Shown here in pieces: positions 9,880 to 20,052 of a stretch of 64,000 nucleotides of DNA. Under the pieces are notes generated by a model that was given only the letters and a program-made list of their open reading frames with translations, was not told the origin of the DNA and searched no databases. Position numbers and translations under genes: made by a program. Source of the DNA: Spirochaetia bacterium (GTDB taxonomy: Bacteria > Spirochaetota > Spirochaetia > DSM-2461); assembly GCA_963666985.2 (NCBI GenBank), contig CAXXIA010000001.1:1280001-1344000 (forward strand), read 5' to 3'. Position 1 is the stretch's first letter. Each line of letters opens with the position of its first letter.

Positions 9880-10857
9880 TCAGGAATCTTTCCGGAAAGC
9901 CTTTACGTACTGCAGTCTTTGGTAATAAGCGTTTCTCTGATCATCTTCAAGACTGAGCCTGCTTCTGAATTCATCAACGGATGTGAATTCATGCCGCTCC
10001 ATCCAATGTTCAAGATCCGCCGAAATTTTCGAAATGACATCCAGACCCTCTTTGAGCAAAACGGTGCAGAGCTGAGCAACGTTTCCGCCCGCAAGAAGTA
10101 CTTTTATAACATCCGAAGCATCATAGACGCCGGTGGATGCGGCGATATCCATTCCCACCAAGTCGGAAAGGATTCCGACCCACCGAAGTACCGGACCGAA
10201 TTCTTCCCGAGCGGAGAGCGAATTTCCGGATTTAAACACCATCTTCTCAATATCGATATCCAATTTGAAGAAGCGGTTGAATAAAGTCAGCGCGTTCGCC
10301 CCCGCATCCTCGAGTTTTACGGCGAGATTCGGAAGGGAAGAATAATGCTGACCGATTTTCACGGCCAAAGGCAGTTTTACGGTTTTACGTGCAAGCGCAA
10401 CCATACCGATGAGCTTCTTCTCAATATCGCGGGCATCGGTTTTCGCGTCGGTCGCCATCGGAGAAAGGTTCAGTTCGATGGCGTCCGCGCCGACTTTCTC
10501 AATACGCTCGGCATAATCGGTCCACCACTCTTCGGAATAGCAGTTCAAGCTCGCGATAACGGGAATATCCAATTCTCCCGAAGCGGTCTCGACGAAATCC
10601 AGATAGTCGTCCGCATCAAGGAGCATGCCCATATGCTCGATATACGCGGCGGCTTCGGGATGGACGAAGGATGAAGCTTTCCGGGACTTGTCCACCATAG
10701 AGGCGATATCTTCTTCAAAGAGGGATTTGAGAATCACGGCACCCGCGCCCGCCTCGGCGGCTTTCCTTACGCCTTTAATGTCGGCAGTCAGGTTGGAAGA
10801 TGAAACAACGATGGGATTGGGAAGTGAAAGTCCCATGAAACGGCAGCTTAAATCCAT
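9880..10857 (-). CDS. Dihydroorotate dehydrogenase-like flavoprotein
   Basis: LPNPIVVSS, ILKSLFEE, ELNLSP (lacks the usual catalytic Cys), LFNRF; start revised to 10857 with AAGGAGAGG. Confidence 0.85.
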   Translation of the reverse strand: MDLSCRFMGLSLPNPIVVSSSNLTADIKGVRKAAEAGAGAVILKSLFEEDIASMVDKSRKASSFVHPEAAAYIEHMGMLLDADDYLDFVETASGELDIPVIASLNCYSEEWWTDYAERIEKVGADAIELNLSPMATDAKTDARDIEKKLIGMVALARKTVKLPLAVKIGQHYSSLPNLAVKLEDAGANALTLFNRFFKLDIDIEKMVFKSGNSLSAREEFGPVLRWVGILSDLVGMDIAASTGVYDASDVIKVLLAGGNVAQLCTVLLKEGLDVISKISADLEHWMERHEFTSVDEFRSRLSLEDDQRNAYYQRLQYVKAFRKDS

Positions 10858-10989
10858 TAACCTCTCCTTATAGTGGGGAACCCGATGTTCCACCTTTATA
10901 CTAGCTTCCGAAGCGGTGCTCTCACAAGCACGGTTTCGAATCAAAATGAACTTCTCTCCCTCCGGCAATCACAGCGGCCGCCTAAGGGA

Positions 10990-13443
10990 TCAGCTGTAGA
11001 GAAAATCCTCCATTTCCCTCATCACGCCGTCAAAACTCTTAATACTCCTCGCGGTCGGCGGCAGTGATTCCAGAAACAGCGGTCCATACTGCTTCCGTAT
11101 GATGCGGGAATCAAGGACCAATACGGCACCGCGATCGTCACTGCGGCGCATCAGACGGCCGAATCCCTGCCGAAACCGCGTTATCGCCTCGGGCAGGGTA
11201 AGCTGAAGAAAAGGATTCCCGCCGCCGTCGGCTATGGCGTCTCTCCGGGCCTGCGAAACCGGATTGGAAGGCGGCCGAAAGGGAAGTCTGGTAATGATAA
11301 CCAGTTTCAGGGAGTCTCCCGGAACATCGACACCTTCCCAGAACGAATCGGTTGCGAAAAGGATACTTGAGGGATTCTCCCGGAAAGTCTTCAGCAGACG
11401 GCCTCTGTCGTCGTCGCCTTGGGCGAGAATAACGGGAGAAGAATCGTCCAAGGCCGCCCGGACACCTTTGAGGGTCCGCTTGAGCGTTTCATAAGAGGTA
11501 AAGAGCACCAGGGCATGTCCGCCCGTGAGCGTGACGGCCTGTGAGATTGAACGGACCAAAAACAACTCCCAGGCATCGGTTTCTTCAGGGCTCGGAGCGT
11601 CGGAGGGAACACCGAGCAGAACCCGGGTTGCGAAATCGAACGGTGAGGGAAAAAGGCTCTCCAGAGTTCTTCGCGGAATGCGGTCGGCTCCGAGGCGCGA
11701 CTTCCAATAATCGAAGCGGCCGCCGAGGGCCATGGTCGCCGATACGCACACGACCGTTCCGTACGGTTCCCAGACCGCCTCGCGGACAAGGGAAGCGACC
11801 GACAGCGGGGTGACATTGCAGGCCAGCCATTCTCCTCCGTCCGATTTCCGCAGAGATCCCAGCCAGAAGACTTTCTCGGGGTGCTCATCGCGGTGCAGGA
11901 AAGAATCGGCGACCGAAGCGGCTTCCTGAAGTCCTGTAATCGTCTGACGGGATTCCATCAAAAGACCTTCGATTTCCGGATCGGAGCCGTCGGAGTCCAA
12001 ATCCCTGACGATTTCGGCGAAACGTCCGGCCAAATCACCCAGGGATGCGCGCAAATGTTCCATGGGAGTCAGAAGCCGTTTGCGTTCCTCCTCCCCGCTC
12101 ATCCCGACAAGCCGAATTTGACGTTCTCCAACCAGAATATCGCGTCCCAGGGCATCCAGGGTTTCGGCCCGGGACTGAGCCGCGTCGATAAGAGGCGGAA
12201 GGATGCCGAGCAGAGATTCGGCCGCATCCGAGCGCCGTTCGGCCAATCTCTCCAAAAGTCCGCCGCTCTTTTTATACCGCAGTCGGCGAAAGATTCGATT
12301 CAGTCCCGGAAGGGAGAGGACCGAGGTGAATAAATCGGTGGCCGAGGTTTCGGCGTGATGAGCCTCGTCGAAAACAATACGGCCGTAGGGAGGAAGCACG
12401 GCCGTTTCATCCGGTCCGGCCCCCTCCAGCCTCGCCGCGAGGTCCGCGAATAAAAGGTGGTGATTGGCGACAAGCAATGAAGCCTCGGCGGCGGCACGCC
12501 TGGCCTTGATGAGAAAACATTGATCGAAATGGCGGCAATAGGTCAGCGTACAGGAATCGGCTTCACAGCGGACAGCGGACCAATCGGATTCATTCGGTTT
12601 GAAGGGGATGTCGGATTTGGAGCCGGTGGCGGTGGATTCCGCCCAGGATCGAATCCGCTGAAGGCCGTCGCCGGAACCGAAAAGATCGTCCTCGTCCGAG
12701 GTTTCTTCCAAGCGTTTTAGGCAGAGATAATTCCCCCGCCCTTTCACCAGAGCGACTTTAATATCGATTCCGAGGACATCCTTCGCCAGAGGAATATCTT
12801 TATCCACGAGCTGCTGCTGAAGAGCGATGGTGGCCGTGGAAACAACGATGCGCTCGTCGTTTTCGGCCGCCCACTTGAGGGCCGGTAAAAGATAGGCAAA
12901 GGACTTTCCAATTCCCGTACCCGCCTCGGCGATCATGGGGCGGCCTTCGTTGAAGGCGGTTACGGTCATGCGGAGCATATCGATTTGTCCCCGGCGGGCT
13001 TCATATCCTTCCAGCCGCTTTTCCAGAGCGCCGCCGGGTTCCAGGGTTCCCGCAAGAATTTCGGCATCCAAAAGCCGCAGCTCTTTGCGGGGAACCGGAG
13101 CGGCGACGATGTTCACCCGCTCAATCCGGCTGTCCACGATCAGAAATCCGATTCCCTGGTTTCCGAGCCTGGAAGCCACCTGAAGATCGGCGCCGCTGGG
13201 ACGGAGATCGCCTCCGGGATGATTATGAATCACCGCATCCCCGCGGGACATGTGGGGAAAGAGCGCGGGAACCATATCGGCGCTCCCGCGGGCCGCCGCG
13301 AGAACCTCGGCGATCAGGCCGTCTTCATCGCACCGCCCCACCCATAGGATTTCCAGGGGACTGCCGGTGTTTTCAACGGCATCGGCCATGTCGTCGCGCA
13401 TGCGTTCGAGGGCTTCGGGGAGGATGCATTCTTGAGTATCCAA
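10990..13443 (-). CDS. dinG: DinG-family helicase with N-terminal JAB/JAMM domain
   Basis: EAGTGIGKS, DEAHH, FWEGVD, QGFGRLMR, Fe-S Cys cluster; HNHPGGDLRPSGAD JAMM motif; TTG start 13443 with GAGGAG. Confidence 0.9.
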   Translation of the reverse strand: MDTQECILPEALERMRDDMADAVENTGSPLEILWVGRCDEDGLIAEVLAAARGSADMVPALFPHMSRGDAVIHNHPGGDLRPSGADLQVASRLGNQGIGFLIVDSRIERVNIVAAPVPRKELRLLDAEILAGTLEPGGALEKRLEGYEARRGQIDMLRMTVTAFNEGRPMIAEAGTGIGKSFAYLLPALKWAAENDERIVVSTATIALQQQLVDKDIPLAKDVLGIDIKVALVKGRGNYLCLKRLEETSDEDDLFGSGDGLQRIRSWAESTATGSKSDIPFKPNESDWSAVRCEADSCTLTYCRHFDQCFLIKARRAAAEASLLVANHHLLFADLAARLEGAGPDETAVLPPYGRIVFDEAHHAETSATDLFTSVLSLPGLNRIFRRLRYKKSGGLLERLAERRSDAAESLLGILPPLIDAAQSRAETLDALGRDILVGERQIRLVGMSGEEERKRLLTPMEHLRASLGDLAGRFAEIVRDLDSDGSDPEIEGLLMESRQTITGLQEAASVADSFLHRDEHPEKVFWLGSLRKSDGGEWLACNVTPLSVASLVREAVWEPYGTVVCVSATMALGGRFDYWKSRLGADRIPRRTLESLFPSPFDFATRVLLGVPSDAPSPEETDAWELFLVRSISQAVTLTGGHALVLFTSYETLKRTLKGVRAALDDSSPVILAQGDDDRGRLLKTFRENPSSILFATDSFWEGVDVPGDSLKLVIITRLPFRPPSNPVSQARRDAIADGGGNPFLQLTLPEAITRFRQGFGRLMRRSDDRGAVLVLDSRIIRKQYGPLFLESLPPTARSIKSFDGVMREMEDFLYS

Positions 13444-13883
13444 ACGGGACTCCTCTCGGCGATTCGGCAAATCAGGCGGAAGACCGGCCGAAATGCGTCC
13501 GCTACAGAATATCTTCGCCGGGCCGGAGCGGCAACGGGAGGCCGCCGAGGAGGCCGGGTTGATGCGGTTAAAAATCCGCCTCGGCCGAGGGAGGCGGCGG
13601 CGGATGGCCCGGGCTCAGGAACACTCACGGGCGCATCGGCGGAGTGCCGGCAGCCGATAGAGCCCGAAGAGAAGGAACGGCATAAAACAGCGCGGGGGCG
13701 GATGCATTTGTTCCGCGTGCTTCCATGAACCCTCAGCCTCTTTATTCCGAACTTAGAAAAAGAGGACTCTTCCGCCTTCCGCCGCAGCCGGGGTCACCTT
13801 GACTTAAAAACCCGTAATAGCTAGTTTTTCGCAAAGAATAGGCTGAAGAAATCCACGGCCCATTCAATGGAGAAACGTTCATC

Positions 13884-14924
13884 ATGGATAAAAAAATCCC
13901 CGTCGCCGTCCTCGGAGCCACCGGCACCGTCGGACAAAAATTCATCGTCCTCCTTCAAGACCATCCCTGGTTCGAAATCACGGAACTGGTAGCATCCCCC
14001 CGCTCCGCGGGCAAAACATATACGGAAGCCTGCGCTTGGAAACAGAACACTCCCATCCCCGCCTCTTTGGCCGATAAAATCGTTCTGGCCGCGGGAGAGC
14101 CTCTGGAAAGCCGAATTCTTTTTTCAGGCATGGACGCCTCGGTGGCCGGTCCTCTGGAAGAACAGTACGCTCAAAGCGGTCATGCGGTTATTTCCAATGC
14201 CAAAAACCACCGGATGGATTCCGATGTGCCCATCATCATTCCGGAAGTGAATCCGGATCATTTTGAAATCACGAAAAAGCAGGCATGGAAAGGCGCCATC
14301 GTTACGAATTCCAACTGCGTCATCATGCCCGCCGCCATGGTTCTTCATCCTCTGAACAAGGCTTTCGGCATCGAATGGGTCCAATTGGTCTCCATGCAGG
14401 CCATCAGCGGCGCCGGATACCCGGGCGTGGCCTCCTACGACATCCTCGGAAACGTTATTCCCTTCATCGGCGGTGAAGAGCCCAAAGTGGAAAGCGAAGG
14501 ACAGAAAATTTTGGGGACTCTGGAAGGCGATCATATCGTTCCCGCGCCTTTCGTTTTAAGCGCCCAATGCAACCGTGTTCCCGTCGTGGACGGACATCTG
14601 GAAAATTTGAGCATTAAATTCAAGAAGAAGGCTTCCGTGGAAGAGGTGAAAAAGGTTCTTTCCGAATGGACGGCCATGCCTCAGAAGGCAAAACTTCCCA
14701 GCGCGCCCGAACGTCCGATCGTTATCTTCGAACAGGATGACCGGCCTCAGCCGCTTCGCGATATTTGGACGGGCGGCGGTATGTCGGCCTGCGTGGGCCG
14801 CATCAGGGAATGTTCCATCGGCGATGTTAAAATGGTGGTTCTGGGTCATAATACGGTTCGGGGAGCCGCGGGCGCGGCCGTCCTGAACGCGGAAGCCTAC
14901 GTGCACCTCGGGTATCTGGACTGA
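13884..14924 (+). CDS. asd: Aspartate-semialdehyde dehydrogenase
   Basis: LGATGTVGQ, TNSNC, QAISGAG, HNTVRGAAG. Confidence 0.96.
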   Translation: MDKKIPVAVLGATGTVGQKFIVLLQDHPWFEITELVASPRSAGKTYTEACAWKQNTPIPASLADKIVLAAGEPLESRILFSGMDASVAGPLEEQYAQSGHAVISNAKNHRMDSDVPIIIPEVNPDHFEITKKQAWKGAIVTNSNCVIMPAAMVLHPLNKAFGIEWVQLVSMQAISGAGYPGVASYDILGNVIPFIGGEEPKVESEGQKILGTLEGDHIVPAPFVLSAQCNRVPVVDGHLENLSIKFKKKASVEEVKKVLSEWTAMPQKAKLPSAPERPIVIFEQDDRPQPLRDIWTGGGMSACVGRIRECSIGDVKMVVLGHNTVRGAAGAAVLNAEAYVHLGYLD

Positions 14925-16261
14925 TGGTTGTTTTAAAAATCGGCGGAACTTCCATGGGAGATGCCGCCCGCATGGATAAAGCTCTGGCTCTGGCCGTCGG
15001 ACAGCTGGAAGACGCGCCCGTGATGGTTTGTTCCGCCATGGGCGGCGTGACCGATAAAATCATCGAAAGCTATACGCTCGCGGAACAAGGCGACATCGCC
15101 GGATCCACCGTTGTTTTCGAGGCCGTTAAAGACAAGCATTACGCCTGTGCGCGGGATTTTCTGAAAGGCGACCTTCTCAAAGCGGTGATGCTTGATTTGG
15201 ACGGAATGTTCGCCCAGTTCGCGTCTTTGCTGAAAGGAATCGGTCTTCTCAAAGACTGCAGTCCCCGAAGCCGGGACGCCCTGATGTCCTTCGGAGAGCG
15301 CCTTTCAACGAGGCTGATTCAGGCGCGCGCTCTTCAGAGAGGTTTGGATACGGCCCTTCTGGACGCCAGGACCTTCATCCGCACCGATTCGGTTTTCAAC
15401 AACGCCAAGCCGGATATGATCGAAACGGCCCGGCTCATAGCCGCCAATGTCTTTCCCGAACCCGGACGCCTCCTGATTACACAAGGATTCATCGGATCGG
15501 ATGTTTCGGGAGTCACCACCACTCTCGGCCGCGGGGGAAGCGATTATTCGGCGAGTATTATCGGAGCCGCCCTTGGTGCAGAAGAAATCCAAATCTGGAC
15601 CGATGTGAACGGCATCATGACTTGCGATCCCAGGATTATCCCGGAAGCCTCGACCATTCCCGAAATCACTTACGGCGAAGCCGGGGAACTGGCTTATTTT
15701 GGTGCGAAAGTGGTTCATCCGGCCACGATCCAGCCGGCCGTGGCAAAAGGAATCCCCGTTTTAGTAAAGGATACCGGCGCGCCCGAAAAAAACGGAACCC
15801 GCATTACCGCGCAGGGCGGGAAACCCGGCATCAAAGCCATTTCCGTTAAAAAGGGAATCACGCTTGTAAGCATCACTTCGTCGCGTATGCTCGATGCCCA
15901 CGGTTTTCTCAGGAGTATCTTTAAAATCTTTGATACGGCCGAAACACCCGTGGATCTTGTAACAACAAGTGAAGTGTCGGTTTCCATGACGATTGAGAAA
16001 ACCGATACTCTTCCGCAAATTCTCAAAGAGCTGAAGGAACTCGGCGAGGTAACGGTGGAAAGCGATCAGGCCATCATCTGTATGGTGGGCCGGGGTCTCT
16101 GGAAGATTCCCGAATTCTCGGCACGGGCCTTCGGCGCCCTCGAAGGCATCCCCGTACGGATGATTTCCCTCGGTGCTTCGGAGGTGAACCTCTCCATAGT
16201 GGTTCCCAAGGAAGCCGCGGAGAAAACGCTTAAAAGCCTCCATAAAAGGCTCTTCGATTGA
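14924..16261 (+). CDS. lysC: Aspartate kinase
   Basis: LKIGGTS, TTLGRGGSD, WTDVNG, C-terminal ACT domains; coupled to asd. Confidence 0.94.
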   Translation: MVVLKIGGTSMGDAARMDKALALAVGQLEDAPVMVCSAMGGVTDKIIESYTLAEQGDIAGSTVVFEAVKDKHYACARDFLKGDLLKAVMLDLDGMFAQFASLLKGIGLLKDCSPRSRDALMSFGERLSTRLIQARALQRGLDTALLDARTFIRTDSVFNNAKPDMIETARLIAANVFPEPGRLLITQGFIGSDVSGVTTTLGRGGSDYSASIIGAALGAEEIQIWTDVNGIMTCDPRIIPEASTIPEITYGEAGELAYFGAKVVHPATIQPAVAKGIPVLVKDTGAPEKNGTRITAQGGKPGIKAISVKKGITLVSITSSRMLDAHGFLRSIFKIFDTAETPVDLVTTSEVSVSMTIEKTDTLPQILKELKELGEVTVESDQAIICMVGRGLWKIPEFSARAFGALEGIPVRMISLGASEVNLSIVVPKEAAEKTLKSLHKRLFD

Positions 16262-17196
16262 TGTTTTTGAGCGCCAACGAGCCGTTCGCCATATCGGCTC
16301 TTATTATTCTCCTGGGATATACGCTCAAAAGAGTCGGGATTCTTGAAGAAACGGCCGGCGATTCTTTGGCCAAAATCGCGCTGAATGTTACTTTGCCGGC
16401 CGTTATCCTCACCAATGTTCCCACCTTTCCCATCCGGGGCGGCACAAGCGCGATTCTGCCTCTTTTCGGTCTTGCGGGCACCCTCCTGATGATCTCGACC
16501 GGCTATCTGATGCACCGAAAACGAAACAGAACGGATTTCGGTCTTCAGCAGCTGTCGTTAAGCGGATACAACATCGGACTCTTCGCCGTTCCCATGGTTA
16601 TGGGGCTTTACGGAAATGAGGGCGTAACGAGATTTCTGCTCCTCGACGTAGGGAACGCCTTTGCGGTCTTCGGCATCGGATACTATCTTGCGGCGCTGTA
16701 CTCCCCGTTAAGGAACGGCGATTCGTTCCGGCCGATTCAAATCGTCAAAATGCTTGCAAAATCCATCCCTTTCGTCGCTTATATCATCGCCATCATCATG
16801 AATCTGGCGGGTTGGCGATTCGACGGATTCTTCAGGCATGTTCTCGATGTTCCGGTGGCCATGAATCGGGGCGTTTCGCTCCTGGCCGTCGGCGTATTAT
16901 TACGTTTTCGTCTTCCCAAGGGAACATGGAAATCCATCAAGCCTTCGCTGCTTATCCGGTATGCCGCGGGGATTCTGGGAGGCGCCGCCGCGCTTTTCGC
17001 CCTGCCTCTTCCCCCAGCGGACCGCATTGCCGTCGCCGGTGTGCTCATCATGCCCATCGGTCTTTCAATCATTCCGTTCTCCCTGAAATGGGGATACGAT
17101 CGAAACCGGGCGGCGGACATTCTGAACGTCGAAATCCCCATCAGTTTCATTCTTTTTTGGGCGGTTTGGATGGCGGGCCGGCATCTTCTTCCCTAA
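16258..17196 (+). CDS. AEC (auxin efflux carrier)-family transporter
   Basis: About 10 TM segments, NVTLPA, YNIGLFAVP. Confidence 0.8.
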   Translation: MMFLSANEPFAISALIILLGYTLKRVGILEETAGDSLAKIALNVTLPAVILTNVPTFPIRGGTSAILPLFGLAGTLLMISTGYLMHRKRNRTDFGLQQLSLSGYNIGLFAVPMVMGLYGNEGVTRFLLLDVGNAFAVFGIGYYLAALYSPLRNGDSFRPIQIVKMLAKSIPFVAYIIAIIMNLAGWRFDGFFRHVLDVPVAMNRGVSLLAVGVLLRFRLPKGTWKSIKPSLLIRYAAGILGGAAALFALPLPPADRIAVAGVLIMPIGLSIIPFSLKWGYDRNRAADILNVEIPISFILFWAVWMAGRHLLP

Positions 17197-17290
17197 AGGG
17201 TCAGAAAGAAAGTTTCGCCTTCGGCGCCGCCCTTCGCCGGCGCGGCAATATCCGATTGCTCCGCCACTCCCCTCGCTCTCCATGGTTTTC

Positions 17291-17538
17291 GGTCTAATTT
17301 GTGAAATCATTGAACGTTGTGACAGGATCGTTCCTGGAACTCCGCCCTGCGGGACGACCCTAGCCGAATCCGTTACCGCTGGCTCGCTACGTTCCTCGCT
17401 CCGCTGCGGTACGCAGCTGTTTACGCTCCCACGAGACATCGTTACACAGCGGTTTGACAACGTCAAATCGCGAGCCCACACAGCGGTTCGATTCCGTCGA
17501 ATCGCGAGCACTTTCTTGCTTTCCTTACAAATCAGACC
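17291..17538. mobile_element. MITE-like non-autonomous element (248 bp)
   Basis: Terminal inverted repeats GGTCTAATTTGTGA / TTACAAATCAGACC (12/14), TTC on both flanks, internal hairpins. Confidence 0.55.
17444..17509. repeat. Tandem pair of 32-bp hairpin repeats
   Basis: ACACAGCGGTTTGACAACGTCAAATCGCGAGC and ACACAGCGGTTCGATTCCGTCGAATCGCGAGC, period 34. Confidence 0.85.
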
Positions 17539-18629
17539 TTCTGGTGTGATGTCCCGGTAATTCGATTACACAGGCGGCTGATTTTTTCCAGAATAGAATC
17601 AGCCGTCGCGGTCCATACAAAGGGCTTTGCATTCTCATTCCAGTTCTCCACGAATGTTTCGATCTTTGTGACAAGATCCTTTACGCCGGCGAACGACCCT
17701 CGACGGATCGCTCTATCGGTGATGAGCCCAAACCATCGCTCCACCTGATTGAGCCACGATGAATAGGTTGGAATGAAATGCATGTGGAATCTCTCATGCT
17801 CGGCCAACCATCCTTTCACCTTCGGATGCTTATGGCTTCCGTAGTTGTCCAGAATGATGTACACATCCAGATCCTTTGGTACTTCTCTATCGATTTGCCG
17901 CATGAATGATAGAAATTCCTGATGCCGATGTTTCGCTTTACAGTCGGTAATGACCTTGCCGTTGGCGATATCCAATGCGGCAAAAAGCGTTGTTGTTCCA
18001 TGACGAACATAGTCATGGGTAACACCTTCGACATAACCAAGGTTCAGTGGAAGCATCGGCTGAGTTCGTTCCAGAGCCTGGCATTGGCTTTTCTCGTCGA
18101 CACAAAGAACTACGGCATGTTCCGGCGGATTCAGGTATAGGCCCACGACATCTCTAATCCTCTCAATGAAGAACGGATCTGTCGACAATTTGAAGTGTTT
18201 CCGGCGATGTGGTTGAAGGCCAAAAGTATTCCATACGCGATGGATCGTCGATTTGGACAGACCTGTTTCGGCAGCCATAGTACGGACGCTCCAATGGGTT
18301 GATCCCTCCGGAGTTGTTTCAAGAGTTTTCTTGATGAGTCCTGCAACTTCATCATCAGAGACTGTCCGAGGCTTGCCGGGACGAAGCTCGTCATAGAGAC
18401 CTTCTACGCCTTGGTCCAGATACCGTTTTCGCCACTTGCCAACAGTCACCCGGGTAATCTTCAGGGCATCTGCGATTTGGATATTGGTCATACCATCTGC
18501 TGCCAGGAGAATGATTTTCGCCCTGGTTACTTGCCCATGCGGAAGACTTCGAGAATTCGCAAAGGAGTCGAGTTGGTCTTTCTCTTCCCTGGATAAATCT
18601 ACTTTCGGTGCAATATTACGTGCTGCCAT
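17532..18629 (-). CDS. IS630-family transposase
   Basis: HTH N-terminus, THWS, DDE triad CVDEK / ILDNY / NQVERW; ATG 18629 with GGAGGG. Confidence 0.95.
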   Translation of the reverse strand: MAARNIAPKVDLSREEKDQLDSFANSRSLPHGQVTRAKIILLAADGMTNIQIADALKITRVTVGKWRKRYLDQGVEGLYDELRPGKPRTVSDDEVAGLIKKTLETTPEGSTHWSVRTMAAETGLSKSTIHRVWNTFGLQPHRRKHFKLSTDPFFIERIRDVVGLYLNPPEHAVVLCVDEKSQCQALERTQPMLPLNLGYVEGVTHDYVRHGTTTLFAALDIANGKVITDCKAKHRHQEFLSFMRQIDREVPKDLDVYIILDNYGSHKHPKVKGWLAEHERFHMHFIPTYSSWLNQVERWFGLITDRAIRRGSFAGVKDLVTKIETFVENWNENAKPFVWTATADSILEKISRLCNRITGTSHQKV

Positions 18630-18713
18630 TTGTGCCCCTCCGGGCACCACAATGACAGCACGCCAAGATTTATAATACTAGTCTTGCGTATGGTTATTAC
18701 CGGGACATCACAC
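17544..18713 (-). mobile_element. IS630-family insertion sequence (1170 bp)
   Basis: Perfect 18-bp TIR GTGTGATGTCCCGGTAAT at 17544-17561 and 18696-18713; TA within CTAG on the right, TG on the left. Confidence 0.93.
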
Positions 18714-19063
18714 TAGCCGTAAGCTTCCATGAATGACTGCAGAAGGGCTAATCCAAGATAAAGAAGAAGACTCAGCATCGCGGCAAGAGCGGAAAATACA
18801 ATATGATCCAGCAAAAGCCGATTCCTCATCGGTATCGTAACGGCATAGGCGACAGTCGCAAAAACGCCCGAGATGGTACAGAGGGCCAGATTCCATGATT
18901 CCACGGAAAATAAAAAGAGCATCGTTTGATCGGAAAAACCCTGAGCATTCCCTATGACATAGAAATACAGCGTAAGAAGTGAAATGGAAAACAGTAAAAA
19001 AGTGAGTTTTCCGAAGATGCTCGGCAGCCAGATTCTCCGAAAATGAATCCCATAAAGATGCAT
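18713..19063 (-). CDS. Hypothetical membrane protein (about 3 TM)
   Basis: 116 aa hydrophobic; its TAG stop is the IS630 target site. Confidence 0.7.
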   Translation of the reverse strand: MHLYGIHFRRIWLPSIFGKLTFLLFSISLLTLYFYVIGNAQGFSDQTMLFLFSVESWNLALCTISGVFATVAYAVTIPMRNRLLLDHIVFSALAAMLSLLLYLGLALLQSFMEAYG

Positions 19064-19143
19064 AGCATCATTTTATCCCCGAAAGGCCGATGAGCCAAGG
19101 AACCGGTTGCTATCCCGTGAACGGGAAGACTATCATACTCATA

Positions 19144-20052
19144 ATGAGAAGCGACAACCGCGACGGAATACTGAAACGCCTCAGCCCCTTATCCCCCATT
19201 CCCACGGACATTACGGAAAGCGGGAATCCTCCCGCCGGTATTAAGGCCGTGCTCTTCGATGTTTACGGAACGATCCTAATTTCCGGAAGCGGCGATATCG
19301 GCATCGCGTCGGTACAGCACGGGGCATTCGGGCTCGCCGAACTCCTCAAGTCCTTGGGTTACGGCTCCAATACGGAAATGGCGGCCCGGAGGATTCCCGG
19401 TCTTTTGGAACAATTCATCGCCGAGCGTCACGCGGAACTGCGGGATTCGGGTGTCGATTATCCGGAGGTTGAAATCCGAGATATCTGGCGGCGGATTGTC
19501 GGCACGCTCTGGGATGAAGGCCTTCTTGACGAGAGGAACGCTCACGAACCGATAGACGAGCTTTCCCTGGGATATGAACTTGAGGTTAATCCCGTGTGGT
19601 CCATGCCCGGATTCCCGGATGTCGCCGAGACTCTATCCAAAGCCGGATTCCGTTTGGGAATCGTTTCCAATGCACAATTCTACACGCCTTTAATTCTCGA
19701 AGTGCTCTGTGGAAAATCATTGGCGCAAATGGGTTTTGAAGATCACCTCTGTATTTGGTCTTATAAGGCGGCCCGAGCGAAACCCTCTCCTTTGATGTTT
19801 TCCGATCCAATTACGGAACTGGCGAAAGACGGCATAACACCGGAGCGGATTCTTTACGTCGGAAACGATATGCTTAACGACATCACCGCCGCCGCAAGCG
19901 CCGGATGCCGAACCTGTCTGTTTGCCGGCGACAAGCGGTCATTAAGGCTTCGCGATGGAGATTCCCGTGTTACAATCCGTCCCGATATGACCATTACCCG
20001 CCTTTCAAGTCTGAATATCCTGAGAGAAACTGGAGAATCCAATGGCGAATAA
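19144..20052 (+). CDS. HAD-superfamily hydrolase
   Basis: VLFDVYGT, GIVSNAQ, KPSP, YVGNDMLND; start revised to 19144. Confidence 0.88.
   Translation: MRSDNRDGILKRLSPLSPIPTDITESGNPPAGIKAVLFDVYGTILISGSGDIGIASVQHGAFGLAELLKSLGYGSNTEMAARRIPGLLEQFIAERHAELRDSGVDYPEVEIRDIWRRIVGTLWDEGLLDERNAHEPIDELSLGYELEVNPVWSMPGFPDVAETLSKAGFRLGIVSNAQFYTPLILEVLCGKSLAQMGFEDHLCIWSYKAARAKPSPLMFSDPITELAKDGITPERILYVGNDMLNDITAAASAGCRTCLFAGDKRSLRLRDGDSRVTIRPDMTITRLSSLNILRETGESNGE

Noticed and set aside
8820..13443. DinG plus WYL as a type IV CRISPR or defence locus
   Set aside because: No cas genes or array; the genes are separated by a DHOD-like gene, and the WYL gene has its own GyrI-like target
13500..13660. Canonical lysine riboswitch upstream of asd-lysC
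   Set aside because: Core AGUA, GAAAGG and ACUGUC motifs not found, and a promoter-like TTGACT lies downstream at about 13799; kept only as a low-interest finding
17444..17509. CRISPR array
   Set aside because: Only two repeats separated by 2 bp, no spacers and no cas genes
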